From Octopus bimaculoides (taxonomy: Eukaryota): 41,792 nucleotides of DNA. Below, in pieces: positions 10,894 to 23,865 of the stretch. Each line of letters opens with the position of its first letter. The stretch's first letter is position 1. The position numbers and the translations under genes are program-made. The notes beneath the pieces were generated by a model. It was not told the origin of the DNA, did not search any database, and saw only the letters and a program-made list of their open reading frames with translations. Where the stretch lies: assembly GCF_001194135.2 (NCBI RefSeq), contig NC_068990.1, positions 30,876,175-30,917,966 on the forward strand, in the 5' to 3' direction.

Positions 10894-12525
10894 ATGTCAA
10901 GACGGTGTATAAATCGCCCTGATGTGTTTTGTTATGTCTTTGGACAATTTAATGTGAAAGCTCAAAAACGTACAATAATACCAGAGATAAAAAAGATTTA
11001 AAAACTATACTTTGGGTGTCCTCTTTGAGATTAGGACAAGTTATAGGCACCACATTTTATCTGCTCAGCTTGCTCAAATGGCTTACGTGACTGGTTCAAT
11101 AATAATAAGAAGCCTATGCCTTTTGCCAGTCCAATGATATAGAGGAAGCCGAAAGACCATTTTAATGACTGGTATTTTTGAAAAGTAAATATCACAGGAT
11201 TTTCTATGAAGAATAAACACGAAATTTTCTATCTCAATTAGGATCCTATAATGAGACTTGGACCTCGCAAGTGAAGTCTGCTAATTCCAGTTCCACCAGA
11301 TGTTACTGAAACATCAGATGATGATGCTGACTGTCATGATAGTGCTGCTGAGAAAGATTACATGACTGATGACGATAGCTTTGAACCTCAGAAATTTCTC
11401 TAAGCTGAACTGAATGACCTTGTCAGAGACCTATCTCTCTCAAAAGATAAAGTAGAACTGTTGGCATCAAGAATGAAGGAGAAATATCTGCTAGAGCACG
11501 GTGATCATATAACTTATTTTCGGCAGAGAAATGTGGTTCTACAAACATGTTTTTCTGTTGAAGGCCCGCTTTGCTTTTGCAGTAACATCGATGGACTTTT
11601 CAAATGTTTATTACAAAATCATAATCCTGTAGAGTGGCGTTTGTTTATTGACTCTTCAAAATGAAATTTAAAAGTTGTACTTCTCCATAATGGTAATTTG
11701 AAGCCCTCCATTCCTATTGTCTACTCCGTTCATCTTCATGAATCATACGAGAATATGGAACTTTTATATCATGCCTATGATAGCCTATGAAAGATATGCA
11801 TAGAAAATATGTGGAGATTTAAAAGTCATTAGAATGTTAATGGGAATGCAGGCAGGTTTCACAAAATACTGTTGTTTCTTGTGTCTATGGGATAGTCGGG
11901 CAACTGACAGACATTATTCGGAATCAAACTGGCAGACAAGAACATCATACCAGCCAGCACTGTCTAGCGTCAAGAATACACTTCTTGTAGATCCATGTAA
12001 TGTCTTATTGCTTCCTTTGCACATAAAGCTTAGACTGATGAAACTTTTTGTAAAGACACTAGAGAAGAGAAATGCCAGAGGGTTTCAGTTTATTGTAGAA
12101 GAGTTTGCCAAAACCACCCATGCGAAGTTAAAAGAGATTATCTTTGTCGGACCCCAAATTAGAAAAGTACTCAATGATGTCAACTTCAAGACAACACTGG
12201 ATGAACTGGAATGCTTTCAGTTGAATCTGTGAGAATTTCTTGGGCAACAAAAAGGCAATGGATTACAAGGATGGCATCAAGAATCTTCTGAAATGTTACT
12301 CAGCCATGGGTTGTCACATGTCACTGAAAGTTCACTTCTTGGACTCCCATCTGGATTTCTTCGCAGACAACCCTGATGAACACGGTGAAAGATTTCACCG
12401 GGACATTAGTGCTATGGAGAAACAGTACCAAGGCTTCTGGTATGCTGGTTGACTACTGCTGGACACTTTACTGTGATCAACCAGATCAGGAACACAGCAG
12501 CAAATCCAGATCACAATGTTTCTAA
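10894..12525 (+). pseudogene. Chapaev-type transposase pseudogene (many stops and frameshifts)
   Basis: MSRRCINRPDVFCYVFG; HFICSACSNG; ICGDFKSH; GFTKYCCFLCLWDSR; PLHIKLRLMKLFVK; MSLKVHFLDSHLDFF; DEHGERFHRDISAMEKQYQGFW; DYCWTL.. Confidence 0.85.
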
Positions 12526-12767
12526 CTCTGTTGTTCTAACTTTGTTTTGTCTGACCCCATTTTTTTAATGTAATCATTCTTTGTAGAATGATAATGATGA
12601 TTTTTAACTCAATAAACTCCTTTACTTTCTAAAAATAAGATGTCCTTGTTTATCACGTTAAGGATTTCATATATACAAATAAGTAAATATTTGCATGCAT
12701 CTAATGGAAAACTGATACGTGCGGCATACAAATGGGATGAAATTTTGAAATCAGCGTGAAGAATTGG

Positions 12768-12829
12768 TTAGGGTTAGAGTTTGCGTTAGGGTTAGGGTTA
12801 GGGTTTGCGTTAGGGTTAGGGTTTGCGTT
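12768..12829 (+). repeat. Interstitial telomere-like array inside the transposon end
   Basis: 10 in-phase hexamers: 6 TTAGGG, 1 TTAGAG, 3 TTTGCG. Confidence 0.9.
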
Positions 12830-13827
12830 CATAATGAATATAATACATTTGATTTTGTTAACCAGTGTTATTCATGTAAATACTCTGTTGTTGTACAGAT
12901 TACTGGAATCGTCCACTTTTTCGACCAGTTGTAGTTGCCCAACTGATCTTTGGTCAAAGACGTCCCACTATTGTAAAATGTTATCTTTTATTTTTTCAGC
13001 TAGATTGTTTAATACTACTTTTTCAAAGTGGCATTGTTCTTTTTAAAATATATTTGGGTGTGATTTAAGTGAGATTGTTATTTCTTGAAAGTTGAGAATT
13101 TGTGTAGAGAACTTTTAGTTCACCGAGTTTGAAAAACCTTTAAAATTGTCGACCCCTAGTTTACAACATTGAGAGTGGAGGTGAAGCTAAATAGAATTAT
13201 GATGGAACAAACTCTTTCTAAATTCTTTTATTGAAACATTTAAAATATTGAAATATTTTACATTCGTTTGTTCTGTAATATTTCTAGAAATTATTGCTTA
13301 CAAATCATGAACATACAGTCCAAGGGAGATAACTTCAGTAATTTTTTTCTTACTTACCTCCCTTAACACGTTACGTAAACGTGAACATAAAGACGTGGAT
13401 CAGTTTCTTTGCATCAGGATTTCTATTGCTANNNNNNNNNNNNNNNNNNNNNNNNNNNNNNNNNNNNNNNNNNNNNNNNNNNNNNNNNNNNNNNNNNNNN
13501 NNNNNNNNNNNNNNNNNNNNNNNNNNNNNNNNNNNNNNNNNNNNNNNNNNNNNNNNNNNNNNNNNNNNNNNNNNNNNNNNNNNNNNNNNNNNNNNNNNNN
13601 NNNNNNNNNNNNNNNNNNNNNNNNNNNNNNNNNNNNNNNNNNNNNNNNNNNNNNNNNNNNNNNNNNNNNNNNNNNNNNNNNNNNNNNNNNNNNNNNNNNN
13701 NNNNNNNNNNNNNNNNNNNNNNNNNNNNNNNNNNNNNNNNNNNNNNNNNNNNNNNNNNNNNNNNNNNNNNNNNNNNNNNNNNNNNNNNNNNNNNNNNNNN
13801 NNNNNNNNNNNNNNNNNNNNNNNNNNN

Positions 13828-13885
<58 letters not shown>

Positions 13886-13886
<1 letters not shown>

Positions 13887-14045
13887 TGGGCTTCTTTCGG
13901 TTTCTGTCTACCAAATCCACTCACAATGCTTTGGCTGGCCTGAGGCTACAGTAGAAAATACTTTCCCAAGGTGCCAGGTAGTGGGACTGAACCCGTAACC
14001 ATATGGTTGGGAAGTAAGCTTCTTATCACATAGCCACACCTGTGC
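13886..14045 (-). mobile_element. Family-B SINE 5' part
   Basis: GGCTTCTTTCGGTTTCTGTCTACCAAATCCACTCACAA..CCCAAGGTGCC..GGGACTGAACCC; homologous to 15735-15892 and 37042-37190. Confidence 0.8.
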
Positions 14046-14382
14046 ATCAAGCTTATTTTCAAAGGTGTAAATTGATAAAATTTAATGAAAAAAAGAATAA
14101 AAATCCAATTCTTGTCAACTTCTATAAATAGTCGGTGGTTTGTCTGTTGGATGTATTTGAAAAGACCTTCACAATTCCAACATTCTGCTCATTCAAATAC
14201 CTTTCATATTAACATTCCCCTTTTTGGGCCCCTAAGAACTCAAATCTTCTGCAACTGTCACCTATCATGGCTTCCTTAGGCAACTTTTTCTTCACTCCTA
14301 TTTTCACATCTATCTACTTGTACAACTTCTTCACATGGTATATATTATTAGCGTGTATATTATATGAATAACATACACATGA

Positions 14383-14660
14383 CCTGATGGTTAAGCTGTT
14401 GCTCTCATGATTGTGAAATTATGGGTTCGATTCTCAAACTGGGAGGCTTATTATATTCTTGAGCAAAACACTTCATTTCATGTTGGTCCGGTCCACTCAG
14501 CTGTAAATGGACTGGCCTTCTGACCAGAGGGAATATTGGCCTGTTCACCCAGCCAGTGGGGTGGCACCATTCAGAAGCTAAAATGATGTAAAGTGCACTG
14601 TGACCAGCGATGTATAAGAACATCCAATAGTCTGGTTGATACTGTGATACCATGATATTA
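14383..14660 (+). mobile_element. tRNA-derived SINE (family B-related)
   Basis: B-box GGGTTCGATTCT, then CTTGAGCAAAACACTTCATTTCATGTTG..CCACTCAGCTGTAAATG. Confidence 0.7.
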
Positions 14661-14749
14661 TATTCATACGACTGTAAACTAGAATACCTATCACACTTTG
14701 TTTTATTTGTTATACTTCATGAAAATTTATGTTGTTTTTCTCCCTCACA

Positions 14750-15100
14750 CATCATCATCATCATCGTTTAACGTCCGTTTTCCATGCTGGCATGGGTCGG
14801 ACGGTTCGACTGGGGTCTGGGAAGTCAGGAGGCTGCACCAGGCCCCAATCTGATCTGGCAGTGTTTCTACAGCTGGATGCCCTTCCTAACACCAACCACC
14901 CTGAGAGTGTAGTGGGTGCTTTTCACATGCCACCGGCACAGGGGCCAGAGGAGCTGGCATCGACCACGATTGGATGGTGCATTTTACATGCCACCAGCAT
15001 GGAAGCTAGTCAAAGCAGCACTGGCATCAGCCACTTTCAGATGATGCTTTTTACATGCTACCGGCACAGGGGTCACAACTACAATTTCCAATTTGTGTAA
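14750..15100 (-). mobile_element. Non-autonomous retroposon with (GAT)n tail (family D)
   Basis: Minus strand ends CCCATGCCAGCATGGAAAACGGACGTTAAACGATGATGATG; inverted homolog at 29812-30140 and partial homolog at 36005-36280. Confidence 0.8.
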
Positions 15101-15237
15101 CAAGACCATACTTGAGCAATCCTTGTTCTTCAATTCAGTTGTGTTTCAGAGGATATAAATAAACAAAATATAAAACTTCGATAGGCCTTGGCCATTCTTA
15201 ACCCAAGCCATGTCTAACTTAATTGCATCAGCCTGGG

Positions 15238-15286
15238 CTTACTTGAGTAGGCTGTGATATTGGACATCACAGCCTACTCAAGTAAG
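15238..15286. other. Perfect 21-bp hairpin with 7-nt loop
   Basis: CTTACTTGAGTAGGCTGTGAT-ATTGGAC-ATCACAGCCTACTCAAGTAAG. Confidence 0.95.
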
Positions 15287-15489
15287 GGTTTGTTGTCAGG
15301 GGTTTGTCTGGAAGCAATTTGTCTAGGTGACATTTCAATGTTATGGGTCCTTTTTCTTTTGATTTCTTTCAGAATAATGGTTGAGGTTAAAAAAAAAAAG
15401 GAAGTGGTTGTGTTGCAGAGGGATTTCAGTTCGATTCTTGTAGGTTGTGTGTCTGTAACAATGTAAAAAATACATTTGAGTTCCATTCT

Positions 15490-15700
15490 TTTATCTATGA
15501 CTTGCTTCAGTCATTAGACTGTAGCCATACTGGAGTACTACTTTGAAGAATTTTTTGTTGAAAGAATCGACCCCAGTGCTTATTGTTTTTAAGCTTGGTA
15601 CTTACTCTATTGATATCTTTTGCTGAACTGCTAAGTTACAGGGATGTAAACACACCAACACCAGTTGTCAAGTGGTGATGGAAGACAAACATACACACAA
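15490..15700 (-). mobile_element. SINE (family C), CpG-decayed
   Basis: Homologous to 10300-10378; shares the GGGGTCGAT and GTACCA motifs with family A on the minus strand. Confidence 0.7.
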
Positions 15701-15734
15701 ATGTACACACAGACACACACATGTATGCATATTC

Positions 15735-15892
15735 AAACAGTTCTTATCAATTTCCATCTATCAAATTCTCTCACAAGGTTTTGGTTGGCCCAAGGCTTTA
15801 GTAGAAGATACATACCCCAGGTGCCCCACAGCCGGACTGAACCTGGTACTACGTGGCTAGAAAGCAAGCTTTTTACCACACAACCACACCTG
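15735..15892 (-). mobile_element. Family-B SINE 5' part
   Basis: Homologous to 13886-14045. Confidence 0.75.
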
Positions 15893-16420
15893 CACTTTAT
15901 ATATATAATTTTAATATTATTTATAAGAATAACATTTATTTTTATTTCCATTTCAGATAAAACCTGCCATGTTATGATGGTATATTGAAACACCTCACAT
16001 CCTGCCCAAACAATATGATGCTTGACCAAACGTTAGACTCTTTGAGAGTGGAAGTTTTCCTAAAAGACACCTCTAAGATGGCAACTTTCGTGTTGGATAC
16101 TGGTTAGTCTAGCAACAGCGAAACTGGAGTGAAATTATGTTAAACATTTTTCTACTGTGAGGGAGCTGTTCAAAGTTGTTGACCAACCAATTTGGTGTGT
16201 TCCTACTCCTTAAATCCTGTTGTTCTTCTCCACCAACTCGTTTTATATCTTTAGAAATAATGCTTTTTATATAGACACATGCATATGTACATATTTATAT
16301 ATGTATATATATAATATATAGTATATACATTTATATGGAAATACACACACTCATATATATATAAAACAAGTAAATGAAATGGAAACAAAATTTGACAACT
16401 GGTTAAATATAACTCTTTAG

Positions 16421-16495
<75 letters not shown>

Positions 16496-17393
16496 GTAAT
16501 AATGATGATGATAATTTGTCACAAGAACGACAGATGAGGAGAACAAAANNNNNNNNNNNNNNNNNNNNNNNNNNNNNNNNNNNNNNNNNNNNNNNNNNNN
16601 NNNNNNNNNNNNNNNNNNNNNNNNNNNNNNNNNNNNNNNNNNNNNNNNNNNNNNNNNNNNNNNNNNNNNNNNNNNNNNNNNNNNNNNNNNNNNNNNNNNN
16701 NNNNNNNNNNNNNNNNNNNNNNNNNNNNNNNNNNNNNNNNNNNNNNNNNNNNNNNNNNNNNNNNNNNNNNNNNNNNNNNNNNNNNNNNNNNNNNNNNNNN
16801 NNNNNNNNNNNNNNNNNNNNNNNNNNNNNNNNNNNNNNNNNNNNNNNNNNNNNNNNNNNNNNNNNNNNNNNNNNNNNNNNNNNNNNNNNNNNNNNNNNNN
16901 NNNNNNNNNNNNNNNNNNNNNNNNNNNNNNNNNNNNNNNNNNNNNNNNNNNNNNNNNNNNNNNNNNNNNNNNNNNNNNNNNNNNNNNNNNNNNNNNNNNN
17001 NNNNNNNNNNNNNNNNNNNNNNNNNNNNNNNNNNNNNNNNNNNNNNNNNNNNNNNNNNNNNNNNNNNNNNNNNNNNNNNNNNNNNNNNNATTCAAGAAAT
17101 TATTGAAAAAATATTTCAGTGGATTTATTGGTTTTTCTTGTAGCTTTGATCTGAAAATAACCCAGCAATGACTTGATTCCATCCTTTGTCCAGCAGAAAT
17201 CATAAAGCTAAAAACCATTTTTTTTTTTTTGGATCCATTCTATCTTTAATCCAGAAATAGTTTTAAATGAATCTATCCAATATATGTTAATTACAAATAA
17301 GATTTCATTTTCCATGAAGAAAATAACCATCAGTAAATCCAGGAAAGATGTCACAAGGAAAAATATACATACACAAACACTATCACACACACA

Positions 17394-17477
17394 CATGCAA
17401 AGAAAGCACCATACACACACACATGCAAAGAAAACCCCATACATACACACATGCAAAGAAAGCACCATACACACACA
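17394..17477 (+). repeat. 28-bp unit x3
   Basis: CATGCAAAGAAAGCACCATACACACACA repeated three times with few changes. Confidence 0.9.
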
Positions 17478-18456
17478 CATACACACACTTTATCTTTGGG
17501 ACTAAATTCTCTCCTATTCTTGTCACAAATATTTTCCTGAAAGTCAAACAATATGCCACCTTTTTCATTTTTTTCTTCATTTCTTTTATTTATTGTATTT
17601 TAATTATTATTTTTTTTTCTTTTTCTTTGGCTTTGATGTGTTTAGATCAACAAAAGATATTTCAGCTGTTACATGGCTGGAAATGTTCACCATGTCTAAA
17701 CTCCAATAATGTTCTTGGCATTTCCAGTCCCTCTTGATGAAATATCAAAGCATTTTAACATAAAACAAGATATTTCACACTGGGTCCCCAAGTTTAATAT
17801 CAAATGGTTTTCAAATCCACTCAAAGCCAAATTAACCTTTCCTTCTTTTATGGTTGACCAAACATAAGAAATTCTACAAAAGAGCACAGTTTGCAATAGG
17901 AATGGGGCTCATGTCTACAAAAGCCTTTCTCCTCTGCTTAAAGAATTTCTAAGACAGGGATGAATACTGTTGAATCAAGGCTCTATGAGTCTGTCAAGAT
18001 TCTATGAATCCTTAAGAGTCATAAACACATAATTCTAGTTTATGTTCTCAACGAAATAAATTTACAGCAGTATTCTTCTGATCGTTTACATCTGCTTGAT
18101 ATTCAAGCTTGGATCAACTTGATCTTATCTTTAGACTTTCAGTTAGATTAAAAGATATTTTATCACGCACTGTCATGCACACATTCTTTCTCTGTCTCTC
18201 TCATACACACACACACATTCACACATGTACAAACGCATACAAATATATACATACACTATTTCCATTGTTTCAGTGGTTCCTCATCTATATCCTCCTCCAC
18301 TCTGTTCAACCAACTTCTGTAATCTCATAACCTTTCTCTTTTCTCTCCCCAAATTTACGAAGGAGCTCTCCCTGTTCAGATCATAGCCTTATATATTTAT
18401 ATATATAAATATAAATACATATACACACACACACACACATATATATATAAATACAT

Positions 18457-18531
<75 letters not shown>

Positions 18532-19921
18532 CATACTTATATATACACTTATATATACATACTTATATATATATACATACTTATATATACACAATTAATC
18601 ATCATATTCTCTGTTAACTTTTATGGTACCCTACTTACAAACTGGCCCCTTAATAGATCTCTTTCAGCCTTGTTGTGTGTCTATAGCTGACATGATTAAT
18701 GAAATATGAATTTCTTCTGTTGTAAACCTTGTTTTAATCCATTAAACCTATTTATTTGTTGGTTAATGGAGATAAGAGGGGATCAATACGTGTATGTTTG
18801 TGTATGGGAACGTGAGGGATTATACCAAAATACATAGAAAAGAAATCCCTTGATAAAAGACATAAACCATAGATCTGTGTTCAATACATTTTATATCAAC
18901 ATGCATATACATATACATACACAACACACACACATATGTATGTGTATGTATTTATGTATGTCTATATTTATATATATACATATGCATAGTATATACATAG
19001 GCATAGTAAAGGGAAAAGGAGAGATAGAACTCAATACAGGTGCATATATGCTTCTTTTTAATATTTTAAATTGGCAGAAAATTACTGAAGTGACTCAGGC
19101 TGGGAGTTTCATGTACGAAATGCTTGACCTTTGAATCACTTTTGTAACTGGTTAAAAATTAAAAAAAAAAACTACACATACACACACACTTACTATGAAA
19201 TTAAAATACCAAATTATTTGATTCATGACATAAAAGAAAAACTTTCCATTAATTTAAAGGGAGAGGAGCACCTACTATATAACATAATATATAATATATA
19301 TATATATGTATGTATGTATATATAACATATATGCCATATAGTATATATATATAAACAAGCTGATATTCAGCTGTTTCATAATTAGAAACATTGGGTTATA
19401 TTTAGTATTGAGGATATCTGTACCATTTGGAAGAATTTTGACCTTTGACATGAAGGATATCATCATCTGGGAAATGATTTCCATTGATATTAGTATATTA
19501 GACTTTGGGAAAGAGAGAATTTGGTGGAATGGAATCAAGACACCAAATCCTTCTATAGAAACATATTTTTATATTTACTTCAAAGAAAATTTGGCATTTT
19601 TGCTTCAGAAATCCAAAAGTTGTTATTGTTTTTGTTAGTGTTGTTTAACTCTTCTGGTAAAACTTATGATCAAAGGTGTTCCGGCCATGACCATCCCATC
19701 TTTTCTTTAGCCATAGTATATCTATGACTACATTATCTGATGTGTCCTTGCTGTTTTAAGATAGTAGGACATCATTTGAGAGAGAGACTTAGCTGTTATT
19801 TCTTGCAAGTTCTGTAGTTATTGAGGGACTCTTTTAAGGTTCCTTCCTTGATTTGTTAATAATTAATTTGAGTTTGTGTGTGCATGTGTGTGTGTGTGTG
19901 TGTCTGTGTCTGTACACACAT

Positions 19922-19955
<34 letters not shown>

Positions 19956-20014
19956 TATATCTATGTATGTATATGTGTATATATATATATATATTATATT
20001 TATGCATGTATATA

Positions 20015-20115
<101 letters not shown>

Positions 20116-20584
20116 TATGTGGGTATATATGCTAGTAAACTAAAACCTCATATCAACTTTAAAGAATTATTTTCCCAAAATACGTTATTTAACTAAAAAA
20201 TGAATCTCCAAGACATTTCCGCATTCTTTTCTTTTCATTTCTTTCTTATGTCTTTTTTTTGTTGCTGTTATTCTTTCCCAAAATCTTTATTTAATCCGAA
20301 ACTTCCATCTTGTTGTTTCATCTTTTTGTTTCTTATAGTTTAGTGCAGTGGAGATAAAAAAAGCTTATAGTGAACCAGACAAGGTGTATATCTGGCGTCA
20401 ATCTATTAAATATAATGCAAGTTTGACTTAATCAATTCGACCCCTTTCCCTTTCGAAGCTGGGCCTTCACCTGGTCAAAAGAAATCTTTAATAACACTTG
20501 TTGTTTTTGTTGTTATTTTTATAATTGTTATTGTTATTGTTGTTGTTATTTCTGCTTGTAACAATCATTATAATATTATATTTA

Positions 20585-21790
20585 GCCGAGTGTAGTGGAT
20601 GGCTAGAATTAGTTGGAGCAGTGGATAAAGGTTTTTCCACTATTTCACTTATACTGCTTTATGTCTTCAGTTCAAATCCCTCCAAAGCCACCTTGACTTT
20701 TCATCCTTCCAGGGGTTGTTGGCTATTATGATTCCATTTACATTTGGGATGCCTTACAGGAGTATTAAATCACCCTCATTATTTGATAAATACTTTATTT
20801 TCTCAACCCCAGGAAGGATGAAAGACAAAGACAACCTTGGCAGGGTTTGAACTCACTATCTAAGGAGTCATAACTAAATACTGCAGTCATTTCCCCACCC
20901 CCCATGCTTTAACATGACTGCCAATACACCAACTTTGGTTGATGAAGTAACAGACCAATTAAGTCCTGGCATTAATTAAAGAGACTAAAACCTCCCCAGA
21001 AAATGTATGAAATCTAAACATGATGGCAGAATCAGTAGAGCAACAATGAAAATGTATTGTGATGCATGGTAACATCTTATGTTTTAAGTTCAAACCCTGT
21101 TTGGGTCTAATTTTGTCCTTCATCCTTCCAGGGTCCGATAACATAAATAGCAACCAAGTACTGACGGTTGTTTGATTAACAACATTCCTAATTATAATTT
21201 CTGCCTATGTAAAACTTTATGAAAATAATTCTGTGGGAGAGGCCATGGATGGATAGAAGGAAGTAAAACATTACTGAGGTTGCTGACAGTGACTTTGGCT
21301 TGGTTCTCCCTTTTTCTTTTTAAACTATAGAAGATTGCTACAGAGGTGGGGAGAGGGAAGTCCTGTAGCCATGCGGAAGAGATTAGGGTGCAAGAGGAAA
21401 CGATGGTCTGAATGGGAGCTGAAGGTTCCATTCTTTAGGTCACCTGAAGTCTTTGAATCCTTCTGGTGACCCTGCAACAAATTTTCTGTGAATATTTTCT
21501 TTCTTCTGACCCTTGAAAACCCACAAAGTCCTCAACAGACACATGTTGTTGTTGTTATTATTATTAAGATGGTAAGCTGGCAGAATTGTTAGCATGCCAG
21601 GCAAAATGCTTAGCAGCATTTCATCCATCTTCACATTCTGAGTTCAAATTCTGCTGAGCGTGACTTTGCCTTTCATCCTTCTGGGGTTGATAAAATAGGT
21701 ACCAGTTGTGTATTGGGGGGACACTGATGTAATCAACTTATCCCCCTCCCATGAAATTACAGGCCTTGTGCTAAAAATTTGAAATCATTA
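20585..21790. mobile_element. Cluster of decayed family-A SINEs (approx. 20585-20750 +, 20780-20930 -, 21015-21230 +, 21565-21790 +)
   Basis: Each has the GTTCAAA/TTTGAAC B-box plus the CTTTCATCCTT..GGG tract. Confidence 0.75.
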
Positions 21791-22972
21791 TTATTGTAGT
21801 TGTTTAATTTGCAAAGCCATGTGGTCTAATGATTATGGTGGTTGGCTATTGATCATAATACCATGGGTTCAATTACGAGACTAGCTGGTGGAGAGTCTCC
21901 TTGAGCAAGTCACTTCATTTCATGTCAGTCTGAAGCTGGTGAGGCTCTGTCCCTGCCCCACTTCCAGTTCTAACATCCTGGATGTGGGAGCTAAGTCAAA
22001 GATTGGTGAGGCTGAGACAGTGTCTAAGTCTACCTAGGTACCTGAAACAATTAACAAAACCTTGGTACATGTCACCCAACCATACTTGCTGATGGCTGGG
22101 TCTTCAAGATGTTTAGTCCCAGATCAGCCCTGGTTGAGCAGACCTATAATCAAAGACGTTCCACCCATGACTATTCCATCTGTTTGTATATTAGGAACTA
22201 TATTATCTAATGTAGCCTACTATATTTAAGATGGTAAGGTATGATTTGAGGGAGATTTGGCTGTTATTTTTGACAGGTTCAACGATCATGGCTTCACTTC
22301 CTGGTTTAAATTCTTGTCAAAGATGTCGTCTCTCAAATTATCCTTCTGAAACTTTCAAAAAAAGGAAGAAAAAAATTTTAAAAAAATTAAACTAAAATGA
22401 AATAAAAGCAAAAAAGATCCTATTTTCTTTTTTCTCATCAAATGGCAGCATCATATATACATCATATTTTTTCCCCACTAAAAAAATATCACCATGACAA
22501 TAACGAGGGCTTCGTCTGGTTGTTTTTCTCCTTTTTTTTCTTTCCTTCACCAATGTGAGTGATGATTATTTCTAGGTTTAACGATTAATGTATGTATGTG
22601 TAAGCATATAAAATATATACACTTCCTGTAAGATATATAGGGCATTTTATATTTTATACATGTGCAGGTGTGTANNNNNNNNNNNNNNNNNNNNNNNNNN
22701 NNNNNNNNNNNNNNNNNNNNNNNNNNNNNNNNNNNNNNNNNNNNNNNNNNNNNNNNNNNNNNNNNNNNNNNNNNNNNNNNNNNNNNNNNNNNNNNNNNNN
22801 NNNNNNNNNNNNNNNNNNNNNNNNNNNNNNNNNNNNNNNNNNNNNNNNNNNNNNNNNNNNNNNNNNNNNNNNNNNNNNNNNNNNNNNNNNNNNNNNNNNN
22901 NNNNNNNNNNNNNNNNNNNNNNNNNNNNNNNNNNNNNNNNNNNNNNNNNNNNNNNNNNNNNNNNNNNNNNNN

Positions 22973-23028
<56 letters not shown>

Positions 23029-23174
23029 CAGAACATTTTAAAAAGTATTGTAAAAGTCTAAAAATTTACTACATATAATAGAATATTAAATTTTTGTTTT
23101 TAAATAAAATAAAATGTTAATTTTAAAGCATGTGTGTGTGCATGTGTGTGCATGTGTGTGTGCATGTGTGTGTG

Positions 23175-23221
<47 letters not shown>

Positions 23222-23865
23222 TAACTGGTGGTTTTTAATCCATATCCAGGTTTCATTAAACAAGCTTTGTTTAGTGTTGAAAAGCAGTCATTGGTGGATA
23301 ATAAGGGATAATCTAGATTATTGTGAGATGCAGCTAAAGAATAAACCATTCAGGTGCGATGCTCAAAGTTAAATTCCTGGATGTTACCCTCTTCCATCCA
23401 CATTTAATAAGCATATCAAATGGTTCCTCAAGTATAACTACAGAGCTTAACCATTTTGCTACCTTATTTCTTCTGCTGGAATATGCTGTCTTTGTTTCAA
23501 ATAATTTTGAAAATAACGGAGAATTTAAATAAAATAACTTAATCGTTTTCAAGTTGGTGTTTGGATCATCAATTAATTAAATAAATTAATTTTAATGAAA
23601 GATTTTAATTTAGATCACTTTAAAACAGGAAGTTTGTATCCTAGAACCAAGGGTGGTCATATGTGGGTTGGTACCAAGAAAGTGTTTTATATCAAGCAAT
23701 TAATAAGTATGTACAATTAATATATATGTATCAGTTGCCAGGAAAGTGCTCAATATGTAAAACAGGTCTATTCAATACAGTTCTATATTTAAGAGATGAA
23801 GAATTATGTACATTATTTACATTATTTACAATTGACGGATATTTTTCCTCATCTTGTTTGTTGTT

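Larger units (their letters stand above)
10476..12867 (+). mobile_element. Full-length Chapaev3-type (CMC) DNA transposon
   Basis: TIRs CACTGGTCAACAA (10476) and TTGTTAACCAGTG (ending 12867), 12/13 match; TTA on both flanks (10473-75, 12868-70) fits the 3-bp TWA TSD of Chapaev3; subterminal inverted GCTGATTTCAAA / TTTGAAATCAGC; transposase remnants inside. Confidence 0.85.

Noticed and set aside
12373-12390. CTGATGA-ACACGGT-GAAA looks like a hammerhead core
   Set aside because: It is the DEHGER codons of the transposase; no stem I or stem III can be built.
12768-12829. True telomere or chromosome-fusion site
   Set aside because: Only about 60 bp, single orientation, and enclosed within transposon TIRs.
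21331-21424. Possible plus-strand exon after a strong polypyrimidine acceptor
   Set aside because: Weak donor (GTTCCA), unrecognised peptide, and not frame-compatible with the 15957-16102 candidate.
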